A stretch of DNA of 51,300 nucleotides from Chara braunii (GCA_003427395.1 BFEA01000033.1:3822924-3874223), one strand, 5' to 3'. Shown: positions 23,701 through 38,914, counted from the stretch's first letter. Numbers and translations: made by a program. Notes: a model not told the origin generated them from the letters alone.

Positions 23701-26700
23701 AATGCTGAGGGTGGGATCCTGGCAGCTATCTGACTCTGCGTAATCACTGTGAACGCAGCTGTGATATGCATGGGCGAACTGGATTCGTCTTGGAAATCAA
23801 AGGCTGCAGAGCAGGGTGTGGATGCGTATTCTTGGCAGGAATTCATTGACATGGTAAGGCTTTTCTTTGCGTCATTGTCAGAAGCCTACTTTAGTTGGAC
23901 ATACGTGAGCGCTTGTACAGTTGTGGGGGGGGGGGGGGGGAGGGATTAGCCGATGGACAGATGAAAGGAAAATCGAAACGGGGCAATCAGAAGCCTACTT
24001 TGGTTGGACATATGTGAGCGGTTAAACAGTTGTGTGGGGGGGGGGATTGGCCGATGCACAGATGAAAGCAAAATTGAAACAGGGCAATTAAAATACAAAC
24101 TCCTATCTGATTCTCCCCAGAATGGAAAAGAAGCCAGGAAGGGGATTGGCCGATGCACAGATTAAAAGAAAATTGAAACGGGTTGATTAAAAAACGAACT
24201 CCTATCTGACGCTCCCCAGAATGGGAAAGAAACCAGGATCATAAGGGCCGTTGTTTAATATCTTTGAAGCATGCTTGCAACCGCACGAGCCGCACATTCG
24301 TGCGGAGTTCCATGCGGGGGGTGCCTGTGCTGAATCGTGCAGGTCTTATTTTTATGATTATTATTTTCTCTTTTTTTTTGGGAAGGGGGACGGGGGATAT
24401 GGAGAGGAGGATGATGATGTGGAGGAGGACGACGAGGATAGCAAGGACGACAAAGAGGAGCCGTTGAGATGGGGGAGGAGAAGAGATGGATGGAGGGAAA
24501 AGAGGAAGGGTAGGAGGAGGACGAGTGGGAGGAGGAGACATAGAGCGAGGAAGGGGAGGACACGAGGAAGGGAAGGAGACGAGGAGGCATGGAAGATGAG
24601 GAAGTACGAGGAGGAGACAAGGAGGATGAGGAGGACAAACAGGAGGAGGACGAGTTGGAGGAGACGAAAAGGAGAAGGGAGGAGGTGACATGGAGAATGA
24701 GGAAGGTGAGGAGGAGCAAGGTGAGGCAGCACTCCTGTAATTTTTTTTTCCATCCTGCTTATGATTTTGGCGGGGGCCCTCAAATGCACTGTTTCGACCC
24801 CGGCCTTCTCTCTTTTTGCTCTGAGGGGAGTGAGGGGTCGTTCCCCGCGCATGTCGTGCACCACATGGGATTGGTTGGGTGCGTGCACCGCACGTCGGGA
24901 ACCGCCCGCACGACGTGCGCTTGCAAGTATGCTTTGAAGTAATTATTTTGGTTGGACATACTTGAGTGCACGCTCCCCAGAATGGGAAAGAAGCCAGGAC
25001 CATAAGGGCCGTTGTTTTATATCTTTGAAGTAATTATTTTGGTTGGACATAGTGCTCAAATCCTGGGGGCATGGCTGCCAAAAGGCGTGGTCAACCAGAC
25101 CCAAGAGGGGTCCCAGGGTGGGGGGGAAAAAAATCGACTAGCTGCACCTAAGCATATATATAATTCTCATTTCCGTAGGCCAAAATTCCAGGAAAGATTA
25201 GGGATCTGGGATGGGTTGCGCAACGGAAAAATGTGTGAAACAAAATCCCCGTGGTACAGGAAGACCACCACTTCATGTCAGGCAGGCCATGGCGGGNNNN
25301 NNNNNNNNNNNNNNNNNNNNNNNNNNNNNNNNNNNNNNNNNNNNNNNNNNNNNNNNNNNNNAGTGCAATAAAACAGGCTCCGGGAAACTGATCGTTTCAG
25401 AACAGGTGACAAATACCCAGGTTACTTTTGAGATCCAAAATAGGGCAGACCTTACTTGAAAATCACTATTGCTTCTAGACAGTCCCTTTTCAGTTTTCCT
25501 TCTCCATGGCAACGGCTTCGGAAGGCCTCGGAGAGACTGGTGGTTAAATGAGATTTGATGAAGTACAGTGGAATATCCCTTCAGTGAGAGCAGAAAGGGA
25601 GTCCAAAAAATAATTTTTAGTTCCATTATTTGCTGGACTCTCTTTATCTGCTCTTACAATTTGTCCTCCTCTTCTGGCCTGACTTTTGTGTCTGTATGGT
25701 TAGCTCTCCTGGGTGCTGGACTCTCTCTGTTTATCTGCTCTTACGAATTGTCCTCCTCTTCTGGCCTGACTTTTGTGCGGTTTCTCGCCTGGGTGTTTTG
25801 AGGGAGAGCGAGAGAGTGAGAGAGTGAATGGTTCCTCTTCTTTCTTGAGCCCGGAGAGGGATAAGAGACTTTGCGACTATCTCAGGGAGACTTCTCCCAG
25901 GTTCAGAATAGTCGTATGGAAAAACAAATAGAATAGTCGTATGGAAAAACAAATGTGGTGTTCTGGACTCTCTTCTGTCAGATTGTCCTCTTCTTGCCTC
26001 GCTTTCGTCTGCATATGGTTTCCCTCCTGGCTTTTTGACTGATGATGGTGAGTGCATTCTGTATATGAGTCAGATGGGCTGTTTAGACTTCGGGTGCATT
26101 TTACTTCACTTTGGTGATTCCTTGGTTGTGTATTGCCTATGCGTTGATAGTACTTGATATGTATGCATTGCTAGCCATGTTTTGGTCGGAACTTTCGGTT
26201 TGTGGTGGGTTACTGACAAGAGTTGTTGGCACGTGCGATTTTGTGGATGTGGTTTGTGTGCAGGGTAAGGCGAACCCTGTGGAACCCAATCCTCCAAAGG
26301 CCAGTGACATCTCCACGATCATGTACACAAGCGGGACCACAGGGGAGCCAAAGGTTAGTAGTTCTAACTAAACACATCTCGATGAGCAAGTATGAAAATG
26401 GAGTATGCTGTGCATTGTGGTGCTTTTCGTGCAACAGCTCTGGATTGCGGGCCGAGTGAGGAGGTATGGAGGTGAAATTGAAATGTATTCAGGACCTTGC
26501 TTGTAACAGAGCCATACCTTGGAGGGAGGGAGGGGGAGGGAGAGAGAGAGGGGGGGAGAGAGAGAGAGGGGGGGGAGAGAGAGAGNNNNNNNNNNNNNNN
26601 NNNNNNNNNNNNNNNNNNNNNNNNNNNNNNNNNNNNNNNNNNNNNNNNNNNNNNNNNNNNNNNNNNNNNNNNNNNNNNNNNNNNNNNNNNNNNNNNNNNN

Positions 26701-27101
26701 NNNNNNNNNNNNNNNNNNNNNNNNNNNNNNNNNNNNNNNNNNNNNNNNNNNNNNNNNNNNNNNNNNNNNNNNNNNNNNNNNNNNNNNNNNNNNNNNNNNN
26801 NNNNNNNNNNNNNNNNNNNNNNNNNNNNNNNNNNNNNNNNNNNNNNNNNNNNNNNNNNNNNNNNNNNNNNNNNNNNNNNNNNNNNNNNNNNNNNNNNNNN
26901 NNNNNNNNNNNNNNNNNNNNNNNNNNNNNNNNNNNNNNNNNNNNNNNNNNNNNNNNNNNNNNNNNNNNNNNNNNNNNNNNNNNNNNNNNNNNNNNNNNNN
27001 NNNNNNNNNNNNNNNNNNNNNNNNNNNNNNNNNNNNNNNNNNNNNNNNNNNNNNNNNNNNNNNNNNNNNNNNNNNNNNNNNNNNAGATGTGTATAAGAGA
27101 C

Positions 27102-27155
<54 letters not shown>

Positions 27156-28475
27156 TGGTACGGGAAAGGAGTGGGGGGAAAAGGGGGGGAAAGATTGTGT
27201 ATATATAAAATTAAGACCTGAGGAAAAGAGGGACAAATGCTGGTTTAGTGGAGATGGTTGAGAAATGAGGCCCGCCAGAAATAGAGGTCTACGGGTGTTG
27301 GGCAAGGCCATTCAGGACGCGGCAGGGTAGTAAGGAGCTGGAAGTGGGAGGAAGAGGAAAGGAAAATGCAAGAGTGCATGAAAAGTAGGAAGAGGGAGGG
27401 GTAGGACTGAAGGGGGGGAATGAAGACTAATTGAATGAAGAGGAAGCGGGGGAATGAAGACTAATTGAAAGAAGAGGAAGCGGGGGAATGAAGACTAATT
27501 GAAAGAAGAGGAAGCGGAGGAACAGGAACAGGATAGTAGAGGGTGAGAATTGAAAGAAGAGGAAGTCGAGGAACAGGGTAGTAGAGGGTGAGAAGGGGGA
27601 CTTCAGTGGAAATAAGTGGCCGGATGAGGAGAGGCATTGATGTGGTAGTGTGGATGTAAAAAAGGACAGAAGGTGGTGGATGGGGAGATTGTGGAGTGGT
27701 GGAATATAGGAAGAAGGGGGGACGACAGGGTGATGGATGACACGACAGGCAGGGCGACGAGGTTGGACGTGAGATCTGAGTGCTTTCGGCTGTTTCTGTC
27801 TATCATATTTATTACTCCCCGTGGTGTCCAGTTACCTCATATGAGCACTTGTGAAGAGTTGAATCCATGGATACAGTTGTGCGTCCTAATCATTTCGAAT
27901 CCTGCTGCAATTACTTGGCTGAGAGAGTACTTCTGCAGGTCTGTGTGAAAGGTGCTTTGTCAGTATGGTCTAAACTTGTGGTCTTGATGTGTGGTCTCCT
28001 GCTAGGGTGTTGTTCTTTCACATGAAGCGTTGCTGGCAGTGATTGCATCCTGTGACATGTACCTGATGAAGGTCAATTTTGAGGTGCGATACTTACTGCC
28101 ACTTTTCACCTCCTTACTGCTGGGTGAGGTTTAATTATGCTTGCTGAGTTGTAACCGAAGTCGTGCTCGTCAAGGGAGGGTGAATGTCTGCCAAATCATC
28201 TAGCTAGCAGCCGTGAGGAAGTTCTTACTACAGTGCAAATGGAGCATGGTGTGCGCATTCAGGTTGCAAATGCAGTGCACTTTGCGAAACACAGATGTGG
28301 AGCATAGTGTGCATATTCATTAACTGAGGGCCCAAAAACGTTTTTTTGGGTGGTTGGGGAGGTTGGGATTTGTACGTTTTTGTTTATTGTCGATTTATTT
28401 TGGCCAAGTATGTCCTTGCTTCACTGTCCAAGCATTGGCATGAGTGGGTGTGTCAGCATGTGTTGTGTGTTTTGT

Positions 28476-28552
<77 letters not shown>

Positions 28553-28574
28553 TGAATGGGCATCAGATTGTTGT

Positions 28575-28655
<81 letters not shown>

Positions 28656-29207
28656 GAATGGGCATCAGATTGTTGTCAGAGTGGAAACTAAGTAGTGCTG
28701 CGTAGGTTTATAAACGTTTCTGTTTTTTCCTTCCCCTTGCCTGTGGGACTTGGCCCTATCAGGAACCGAACAGAAGGCACTAACACAAAGTTTAATTGTT
28801 CTTGTGGGGAATACAGTTCATCGAGACTCAGATCAATTGGCTGTGTGTATACAGGCCTTAGATGTCAATTGATTCCGGACGGAATGTAGACCTGCACCTG
28901 GACATGATGTATGGAAGCCGGAGGAAATTGTATTCAGATAATAATGCTAATAATAATATTAAGGAAGAGGGGCAGTGTGAATATGTGTGGGGACAGGCAT
29001 AAGACACCGATTGCGTATGTGATTGTGCTTTGTGTCAGGGGATGATGAATGGGGGGAAGGGCTGTGAGTCAATTGAAAGACAATCGACTGGATGAATTAA
29101 CCTCAGGTTCAGGAAGGGCTGAAGGGATGTGTGAGTAGTTAGAGAACCTTTGTATGAATAGCACTTATAATTGGTGTCAGGTACTTCGAGAAATGGGTTC
29201 CATGGTG

Positions 29208-29278
<71 letters not shown>

Positions 29279-29310
29279 GTCTCTTATACACATCTAGATG
29301 TGTATAAGAG

Positions 29311-29369
<59 letters not shown>

Positions 29370-32300
29370 TATACACATCTAGATGTGTATAAGAGACAGC
29401 ACACACATTGATTATTCTTTGATTTGGATCTGCTCATCTGGGTGGAACAGGGACTGTTGTGGTGAAAATTCAAAACAGACAACCATCCATCTCCCTATTT
29501 TTGGACCACGTTTTTTTACACACACGATTGACATTTATGACCCAGAATGTTGGTGTAAACAATTTTTTTCTCTCGACTTTCCGATGAAGGTCAACCCCCT
29601 CTTCTCTGATTCCTGTTCTCCATTCCTTCCCTACACCATGATTGCAGAGTGGGTGTGGAGATCACTTTGTAGAGGATAACACATAGCACATCACACCTTT
29701 GTCTGCAGTTTGTGAATGACAGTCCTGGCACCTCGCAGTTGCTCCACAAGTATGCACGCCAGCTTCTTGGAGCTGGTTCCGTTAAAGAAGGGTAAATTAT
29801 GGATAACAGTAAGGGAATGCACTCGCTCTCGATGGACGACCTATGTGCGTGCCCTCGGAGCTGTGGGCTTGTGCTGTAGCTAGCTGAAGTTCTGGATATC
29901 TGTGTGGCAAGCGGAAGATTATCATGGCCGCTCCATGAGGATAACATGTGCGAAGTTGCAAACCAAGGAATGGTTCATTTAGTAATAAAAAAGAAGGGAA
30001 GAGAGTACCCATGCCGTGTGGCTGAATCGTACACTGTATTCATTAAAGTAGAGTGAACAGGTCATGGGAGGGTAGCTCGGCCGACGGTTCGGCAAGTTCA
30101 CTTGCCTGGCTGCACTGGTTGATTGGACAAATCTTGGCTGTCCGGACTTTGCACAGCCTGGAAAGTTCTAGATGATGTTCACTGGTGGTGATCAGGGCTG
30201 AGACATTTTGCCCATAGCTCCCACTGTCCTTTGCACATAACCTCTCTGTCTCAGCGCGCTTTGTTGCTGCTTGCTTTGTTGCTCGTTTCTCTTCACCCAC
30301 TCTTCAAATGCTGAGTTATATGGAACATAAATGTTCTGGATAAGACTTATCTTATATGGAACATAAATGTTCTAGATAAGACTGCATCTGCCCGACAAGG
30401 GCGATTGTACATGGTGTGTTGAACTTTTGAAATGATATATACGAATGTGCTTTTAACGGATGTGGTACGAGTGTCTGTGGCGTTCTGTGTAGTTTCGTCG
30501 ATGCTTGGTTTCATCTACAGGCTTTGTGGAATAATGCCACTTGGTTTCTTCACCATCTGAAGGCTTGGTGAAATAATGGTATGGCCACGCCTTCAGTCAT
30601 GCATTGCCAGTGGTAGTCCTTGGATTTGAAGAGTGTTTTGGAGAAATTTGGATTTGACCCATTCTGGCATGAACCGTATTTCCTTGTCTGACATTTTGCT
30701 GATGAGCAGATAACTGCCAAGGATGTGTTCATATCTTATCTGCCACTTGCACACATACTCGACCGAACATTGGAAGAGTTCATGATCTACAAAGGAGCGA
30801 AGATCGGTTTCTGGCAAGGGGTATGTATTAGCACAACTCTTCTGATTCACGTAGTATTGATTATGTGGGATCAAGCATGGGTAGTGGCAGACTTTTGAGG
30901 ATCATTAGGATGGTATACTTCATGTCTTGGACAGACTATCCTCTTGCGCCCTACTTCATGTCTTGGACAAACTATCCTCTGGCGCCCTACTTCATGTCTT
31001 GGACAAACTATCCTCTGTCCTCCTAGAGCAGTCATGTTTTGCTGACGTGTAGTGATTGGTGTTGTTATACAGAAACACAATTGCTAGATACCCAGTGTAT
31101 GTCAAACTTTGTTACCTTGAAAGCACCAGTACATGGGCACCTGGGCTGCGGGCCTGACACCTCAAATTCTGGAAGCGCTAAACGAAAACGCGACCGCCGA
31201 TCCAATTTATCAACGGCAAGCCAAGCGTTTGAAGTTTGGGCCTCATTTTCTTCTGGCGACAAGTTTTGGACTGCAAGGCTGCAGCGTTGTACTCGTGGTT
31301 TAATGCCTGCATTTTCTGGATGCAATTGTGTGTTACTTTGAGGGGATACTGATGTCGTCTTGTTGAGTGCGCTCTAGCTGTGTCAATGGTGGGAGTCTGA
31401 TACGGTGTGTTGATGATTTCTCGAGGAAAGGGGTTTGTGAGTGCATGCAGTGTGTAGCGGTATGCTGTAAATTACTAAATTCTGTCTGGGGAGGTATTGA
31501 AGTTATGCCTGTGTTTCTTAGGGGAGACTGGAACATATGAAGAGCCCATTTTCGAGATTGATCGAGGGCTAAAGCCTCTGGATGTTTTGCTGAGTTGGGT
31601 CATGGATAGAATGGTTCATATGCGGCTCTCAGGAAATGGAAATGAATGCTACACACTGTTGTCCTACATACTGTACGTTTTATGAGCCGAAGTTAAGTTA
31701 TCATGAAGCTGCCTTCAGCATAGACTAGATTTAGGGCTAAATACATTGTTTGCTGATGCAGCCACACAAATTATAGGTTGTGGAACAGCTGTTTGACTCA
31801 TGACTTTCGGACACTTTTCCTGACATGTACCCACCGTTGACTTACATATTGCAAGTGCTGGAACCTTTTGCTGTTTTGCTGCAGGATGTGAAGTTGCTTG
31901 TACATGATATTGGGGAGCTCAAGCCAACAGTCTTCCCAGGTGTTCCTCGCATATTCGACAGGATTTATCAAGGTAAGGATTGAGGGGCTGCATGGTAGGG
32001 GGGGAGGGGAGGGGGAGGGGCATTCTGGAAATGGAGTTGTATGCGGACATTATCCCAGCGTTTGTAGTTCAATAAAGCGTTACGAGTGCTGGGAATCAGA
32101 GAACTGTGAAGTGCTGAAGGTGCCACAAGTCAACAGAAATCTTTTATTGAATTTCAGGAAGTCTCTTCTGTGGACATGAGCTTTGAGTCCTCGGTAACAT
32201 ATTTCCCTAAGCAAAGATTGAATCATTGTGTTTTGAGCAATGTGCGGCGATGAGAAACGTATTTGCGGACCATCTATTAGTCCAGTAAAAAATGGGTTTT

Positions 32301-33895
32301 GTAGTCTAGTGCAGAAGCATGCCACATGGTAGTAGTCAACCTCAGTCAGGACTACCGACTTCGCTTGAGTAGGACACCCGGTTATCATGGCTGTATCTGG
32401 AGTGAAAGTTACCTCAAATACAGAGCTATACAATTCGGGTGAACACGGTAGCGTACAGTGCACTGACGTCGAGAAGGCCATAATCGTTCTGGCCAAGCGC
32501 GCAGGGAAAAAACATAACAGAGCTGTTCTCAGCGCCAGGGTGATGACCAGGCAAGTATTGTTAGGAAACCCATAAACTACTGTCTTCACCCGAAGAGAAC
32601 GCCCGGTCATTATAGCCATATTTGGTGCAATTTTCAGTCCAGATACAGCTATAATGACCAGACGTTCTATTGGGGTGAAGACGGTAGTGAATGCGACTTT
32701 CAGGTGAAGCCCTATTCGGGTGAAGACGGTAGTGAATGCGACTTTCAGGTGAAGCCCAAGCTGTGAAGAAATCACGAAAAAGTTGGAGTAGCACAGGCAT
32801 GCATTGTTAGGAAACCCATAAACTAACGTCTTCACCTGAATAGAACGCCCGGTCATTATAGCCATATTTGGTGCAATTTCCAGTCCAGATACAGCTATAA
32901 TTACCAGACGTTCTTTTTGGGTGAAGATGGTAGTCAATGCGATTTTGAGGTGAAGCCCAAGCTGTGAAGAAATCACGAAGGAGGTTGGAGACTGGAACTG
33001 AAAGTCTCACATATTATTTTCCTTCCTCTGGACTTCAGTCTCATTGTGACAATGTAAACCGCTACCGTCTTCACCCGGATAAAATGCAGGGTAATTATCA
33101 CTGCATCTGGACTGAAAGTTGTGCCAGGTGCAGCTATAATGACCGGGCGTCCTATTTGGGTGAAGACGGCATGTCTAAACTGTTCCAGATGATGATAGCT
33201 GACAAGTGGTCTCTAATCTACAATCCTCCTCTGGACTTTTAATAGTCCACAACCTTGTAAATGTTGGCACTGCCCTCTACTGTAGGCACGCCGTCTACTG
33301 TAGATACGAGGCACTGTTTCTGCCTCATCTTAACGAGTGCTTTTGGTGTCACTTCGTCTTTTTTCAAGAGCCTGTATGTTGCAATCCAAGACTCGAGCAG
33401 GAATGAAAACCGCATATGCCGATGATATGCGAGAATAAACACTAGACTGCCTACTACCATAGGCCCAAAAATTTGATTTCCACATCGGCAAAAACAGGGT
33501 CCGCATATGTTACCAGTGGCTAAGAATTGTGAAATTAAAACCTTGTGTAAGTTGTTTTCGTTGTCCTGATGTCGTCCTCTGTTCTGCCTATGGATTGACC
33601 AATCTGCTTCGCATGTCTGTTTGCATGAACACACTCTTGTGGAACCCGGGTATTTGGGTTGCATTGTTCTGTGTTCCTCCATGTATTCTGCTGGTTGAGC
33701 TGGAGGCCCTCCTGCATATCATGCATTATGTAGTCAAGATGGAGGTCATGTGTCTCCTGTCATATCTTCCAGAGGATCTTCTTTTCCCCCCTTGGGTATG
33801 AAGAGCGAGGGGCGACCGGAGGGAGGGAGCATAAGTGGCATGATGTCTACCGATGGCCATTCAGCTGTTGAACAAAATATTGGGCATTGAAGCGA

Positions 33896-33961
<66 letters not shown>

Positions 33962-33962
33962 N

Positions 33963-34012
<50 letters not shown>

Positions 34013-37000
34013 GAGGAGGATATTCTGCATATTCACTATCACTGAGGTGTGATGGTATATATGTTTTTTTTCCAGGTGTAACTGCTAAAGTCAAGGAAAG
34101 TGGCCGGCTCAAGCAGGCAATGTTCAACTGGGCTTATAACTGGTATGTAGGGCGAGGGTTCCTTGTTTCAACAGGTATCAACCATCCACTCACCCAAGGG
34201 TGTCTGAAGGGGCCCGTATTTCGTTATGATGTCTGGTGAAAATGATCTGTAGATGGAGGGGTTGGGTCGTAATACTGGGAATATTTTCATGGTGTGTCAT
34301 GATAGATGCACAGGTTTTCTACCCATTAGTCATCGGAGGAAGCTTGAGGGGACAAGCAGGTAAGAGGGAAGGGATGAGTTTGGAGAGTAGGACCAGCTGA
34401 TGCCTGTGCCTGTAATGTTGGGCGCTGACGTATGGTGATGACTGTGACAGAGGTGTGGACAGGTTCTGTCTCCAACAATGTCTTTCTGATGCAGAAGGTC
34501 AACATCCCAGATTGACGAACAATGGGCTTTTTTGGTGGGAGGGAAGTTCCAAGTGTGAAGCACTCTGGTTTACATATTTAGTTCTGGGAAGTGCCAAGTT
34601 AGTAAGACTATCTAGAAACTTCCGAAACAAATATAAGGGCAAGTGGTAACCAATCCACTCCTGTCAATGGTAACGAACTCGGAAAGGCACATATTCATCC
34701 AAGGGCAAATGCTAGTTCATCTCTCTCCTTCCTCTTCTATGTATGTGCAAGCTCCAGATCTCTTAAGGTACCAGAGAAGACCCGTCGTCCCCTGAATAAA
34801 TGTATGCAACCTATGTGTGGGCCACCTGAGACTCTGTAGACGTATACAAGCTACCTTTTCGGTCAGATACAGACTCCTACCCGTCTTCCCCCGAATACAA
34901 CGCACCCTAATGATAACTGTATGCAACCTATCTGGCTGGTCTGATACAGAGATGATGAGGGTGTGCTGTATTCGGAGGAAGACAGCAGTCGATCATACAA
35001 GTTTTTGGCATACGTAGCCATCTTACCTCACCTGAATGGTGAACACCATGCCGACAAACGAAGCCGTCAGCAAACCGACACCATTGATACCTCCCTCCCC
35101 CTCTCTGTCTACTCCTTCCATCTCTCGCGTATAATCTGCGAATCTGCCAGTGCTCATGAGGCTATCCAGATGTTCCGCTGCTGTAGTTTTAACTGGTGAA
35201 AAAAAAATAATAAAAATATAGCAATAACTTAGGTATCGGTTCTGCTAATGCTGTGTGTCAGAATATCTTCGTCTTATGAATGTCCGGCAGCTGGATTACT
35301 ATGTGTTTAGGCAGTGGCAAAGCCTGGAGGGGAGAGAGTTGGAAATTGAGAGAGAATTGTAGATTCATGTCCTGCAATTGCAGTTCTCTTTTATTCTCCT
35401 TCAGGGCTATCTTTTATTCTTTGTGAATCAGCTAACCAGTAAGATGCTACCTCCTTCTGGCACTCTGCTCATCGTGCGGTGATGTTTTTCTGACGATACA
35501 GGAAGTTATCTCGGCTGGAGCTTGGAATTCCGAGTTCCAAGGCAACTCCAGTTTGGAATATGCTTGTTTTTGGCAAGGTAGGCATCAAACCACTAGTACC
35601 TCCGAGCCTCTTTTCCCCGATGCGGATTTTCCCTGCGCGCCAATAGAAAAAGAGCTGGCATCGGTGTGCATTTGTGTGTTATGATTTGCGTGGTGGCACA
35701 GCCATCTCGTTCCGCTATGTCATCAGTGACTAATGACTGGGAAAGGTAAAGTATATGGGATTTCGTATGTGTTTAAGGCTGTGCTGGAGATGTCGCTGAG
35801 GTGGAGGTGATTTTGTGTGTGTTAAGGCTGTGCTGACGTGTGCACATGCTGAGCTCTGGGTAATGCGACTGTAACCTCTGTGGTGAAAATAATAAAGCTC
35901 AGAATGCTCGTGCAGGAATGAATCTTGGAGAACCGCGTGTAAGAATCTGATGTGGAATTGATGCTTGCAGTGAGCTATGGACTTCACAGCCTTGGGGTAT
36001 TGGTGGCCTGTGTTCTGTTTTCGATATCGTGTGAAATGGTGGATTGGGGGTTATGCCTACTCTGTTGATTTGGAAGGAACACTAGGGCGCTTACGGCAAG
36101 GGAATTATCTGGAGTTTTCGTAATAGGGCAATGATATGTAGAGTAACATTTGTTTTGGGGTGCGGCTGTGAAGTCATGTTTCACATTAAGTGCTGGTCAA
36201 AGCTGAGGGATGTGAGGACGCTCGCTGCTTGATTGCACGCATAGTAGGGGCATTGTGCATGCTTGGCCACATGTTTGCCGTCTGTGATCTGACTGGGCAT
36301 GTAGTTTGGGTGGAAATGTCCATTGTGGCATGCTTTTGAAATTCTCTTCCGGTGGAGTGAAAGATGGTTATAAGTTGGAGGCTTGGTACTTAGCAGCTCA
36401 GCTGACAACCTGGCCATTTGCCTGATAATGTCCTGTACAGATCAAGCAACGACTGGGGGGACGTGTGAGAATTATAATCTCGGGAGCAGCACCTATTGCC
36501 CGGCATGTTGAGGACTTCATGCACGTAGCAATGTGTGCCCCTGTCGTTCAAGGATATGGTGAGCAACCGCCGACCCTCCCTCCCTGAGTCCCTGGTCAAG
36601 CACCCTTGTATCTTTCTGCAGGTTCAACCCATCCCTGATTGCCTGTCCCCACTGTATTTATGACCACCTGCTGATGCAGTGGGTGATTATCAAGAAACCC
36701 GAATAATGGCTGTGGGTTTTGCACATGAAACTTGATGAAAGGGCTTTCCAGTGTTGTGTGCACCTGCTCTGCTAGTAATTGTGTATTACTCTTCCGTGTT
36801 TGGTTGTGCAATCCTTTTTATCCCCTTTTTTGTCTTTTTTAACGAAGGCATGGGATACTATTGGAGGTGGTATGAGCATGCCCCAGTAGTAGCCCGCCCA
36901 TGGGTCCTGTGACTCCTGTCAACTGGAGAGGCGGTTAACGGAGGCCCTAATTTTCAGACTTGTCATGCCATTTACAACAAAATCTAAGGGTCATTTTTAC

Positions 37001-38853
37001 CAAACTTACCACCAACTGTCACCAAGTCAAAGAGTGGAGGTGGTAGTTACTGCAAAAACAAAACCGAAAAAAAAAAAAAAACCTACAGGCAAAAAAAAAG
37101 GAAAAATATATATAAAATCACCAGGGAAAGACGGTGAGGGAAAAGATCCAGGAACTGTTGAAGGGGGGCAGCAATGTGACTGCTGGGCTGAATCTTAGTC
37201 CAGCCCTCAAATTCCAACCTGTAGTTTGTGAAGGTTCTGATCATGTGGTTGGTCCCTTCCCCCCCCCCCCCCAGTGGATGCTTGACTCAACCACCCTGAT
37301 CACCCCGCAGCCAATGTTCTGAGAATCATCTGATTGCTTGCTGAATGTCTATCTTTGTGTGATAGAGGTCCAGTTGCATCTTCACTGTTAGCTGTTTTTC
37401 TGTCTTCTCCAGCTGGAGCCGTTCTTTTTATCTTATGAATTTCCCACCCTCCACCCATACATCTTCCGTTACATGTATGCATCTCCTATGCCAACAGCCC
37501 CAGAGGACCGCTCTCCTTCCCATATTAAACACAATTTCCTCGTGGAGATTTTCACGCCCTGCACAGGAGTGCTCCCCATTCCCAAGGCCAGTCCGAGCCA
37601 GTTCCCAGGTGTCGCCATATCCGGTCCCACCAGCGCTGTGAGCTTTGCTGTTGGGCATTGTAAAAATACATCTTCAAAGGGTTTCGTGGATTTTGCGGGG
37701 AGGGAAGTTACTTTGACAGGATTTGCACCACGGAAGTAACTCTTCCTGGTTCGTGTGGTCAATCGACCGTTCATTGGTGGTCATCGGTGGGTAGGCATCG
37801 ATGCTCTAGTTGCTGCTGCAGGGAGGTCAGCTTGGTCCAGTTCTTTTTTTCGCTTCTTTTCTCTGCGACCCCCCTTGCCACCAATAATTAGAAAATGTTA
37901 ATGCCAAAATACAAAATCATTGCACAAATTGACAACAGGCCTGAGTCGGTTTTGTGTGGTTTGCCCTTGGTTGATTATGGTCCTCCTTTGCGCAGTATTG
38001 CGCAGTATGAGAGCAACTGTAGTATGCAACCCAACCTCAGAGTTTTAAAGTGAACATCAGTAGTCTGTATATTGCAAGAATCTGGCAGAGAAGCAAAAAG
38101 AAAGCCACATAACATCTAATGTGGAAAGATTCTAAATATGGATACCCTATCGTTTTGAGCAATGATCACTACCAACATGACTGTGTCGGTTCACATGTGA
38201 TGAAATTGCCGTGCGATCAACGATTTTGAGACGTCGGATACGAATCTGACGTGTTTGACGCGCCGTGAAACAATCTCGACCGATGATGCATGGATCGTGA
38301 GGCGTCCGATACAAAATCTGTCGTGTCTGATGCGCCTCAGCCGGGCGCCGTTTCGTTTCTTTTTCTTTTCTTTTTTGTTTTTTTTTGTTTTTCTACTTTT
38401 TTTGCGTTTCGGGTGGCAGTTTCACTGCTTTCCTTTTGCTTTCGCGCCAGCCCTCCGCGCCTACCCTCCGCCCTCTGCAGCCACCCTCCGCGCTTTGGCC
38501 TTCGGATTTCGCCCTCTTCCCCCGCCCTCCGCTGGGCGCCATTTCTTTTTTTTTTTTTTTTTTTTTTTTTCCTACTTTTTTTGCGTTTTGGGCGGGAGTT
38601 TCACTGCTTTCCTTTTGCTTTCGCGCCGGCCCTCCGTGCCCGCCCTCCGCTCTCCGCACCCAGGCTCCGCGCTTTCGCCTTCGGATTTCGCCCTCTGCGC
38701 CCGCCCTCCGCACCTGCCCTCCGCAGTTTCGCCCTTCGCCTTCGCCCTCCGCGTCCACCCTCCGCGCAACGAAAGCGCTTTCGCACCCGCCCCCCGGTGC
38801 ACACACACACACGCAGCCGCCCGCCTGCCCGCGCGCGACCTATTTGCCACTAC

Positions 38854-38914
<61 letters not shown>

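Noticed and set aside
24239-25003. Acidic, Arg-rich and Pro/Ser-rich ORFs on both strands
   Set aside because: Low-complexity purine tract inside the hAT-like element is open in most frames
25050-25467. Single element with TAGTG...CACTA ends
   Set aside because: Only 5 bp match, no TSD, and an N gap between the ends
32080-32976. 298-aa minus-strand ORF with internal repeats
   Set aside because: Chance read-through of tandem MITE copies
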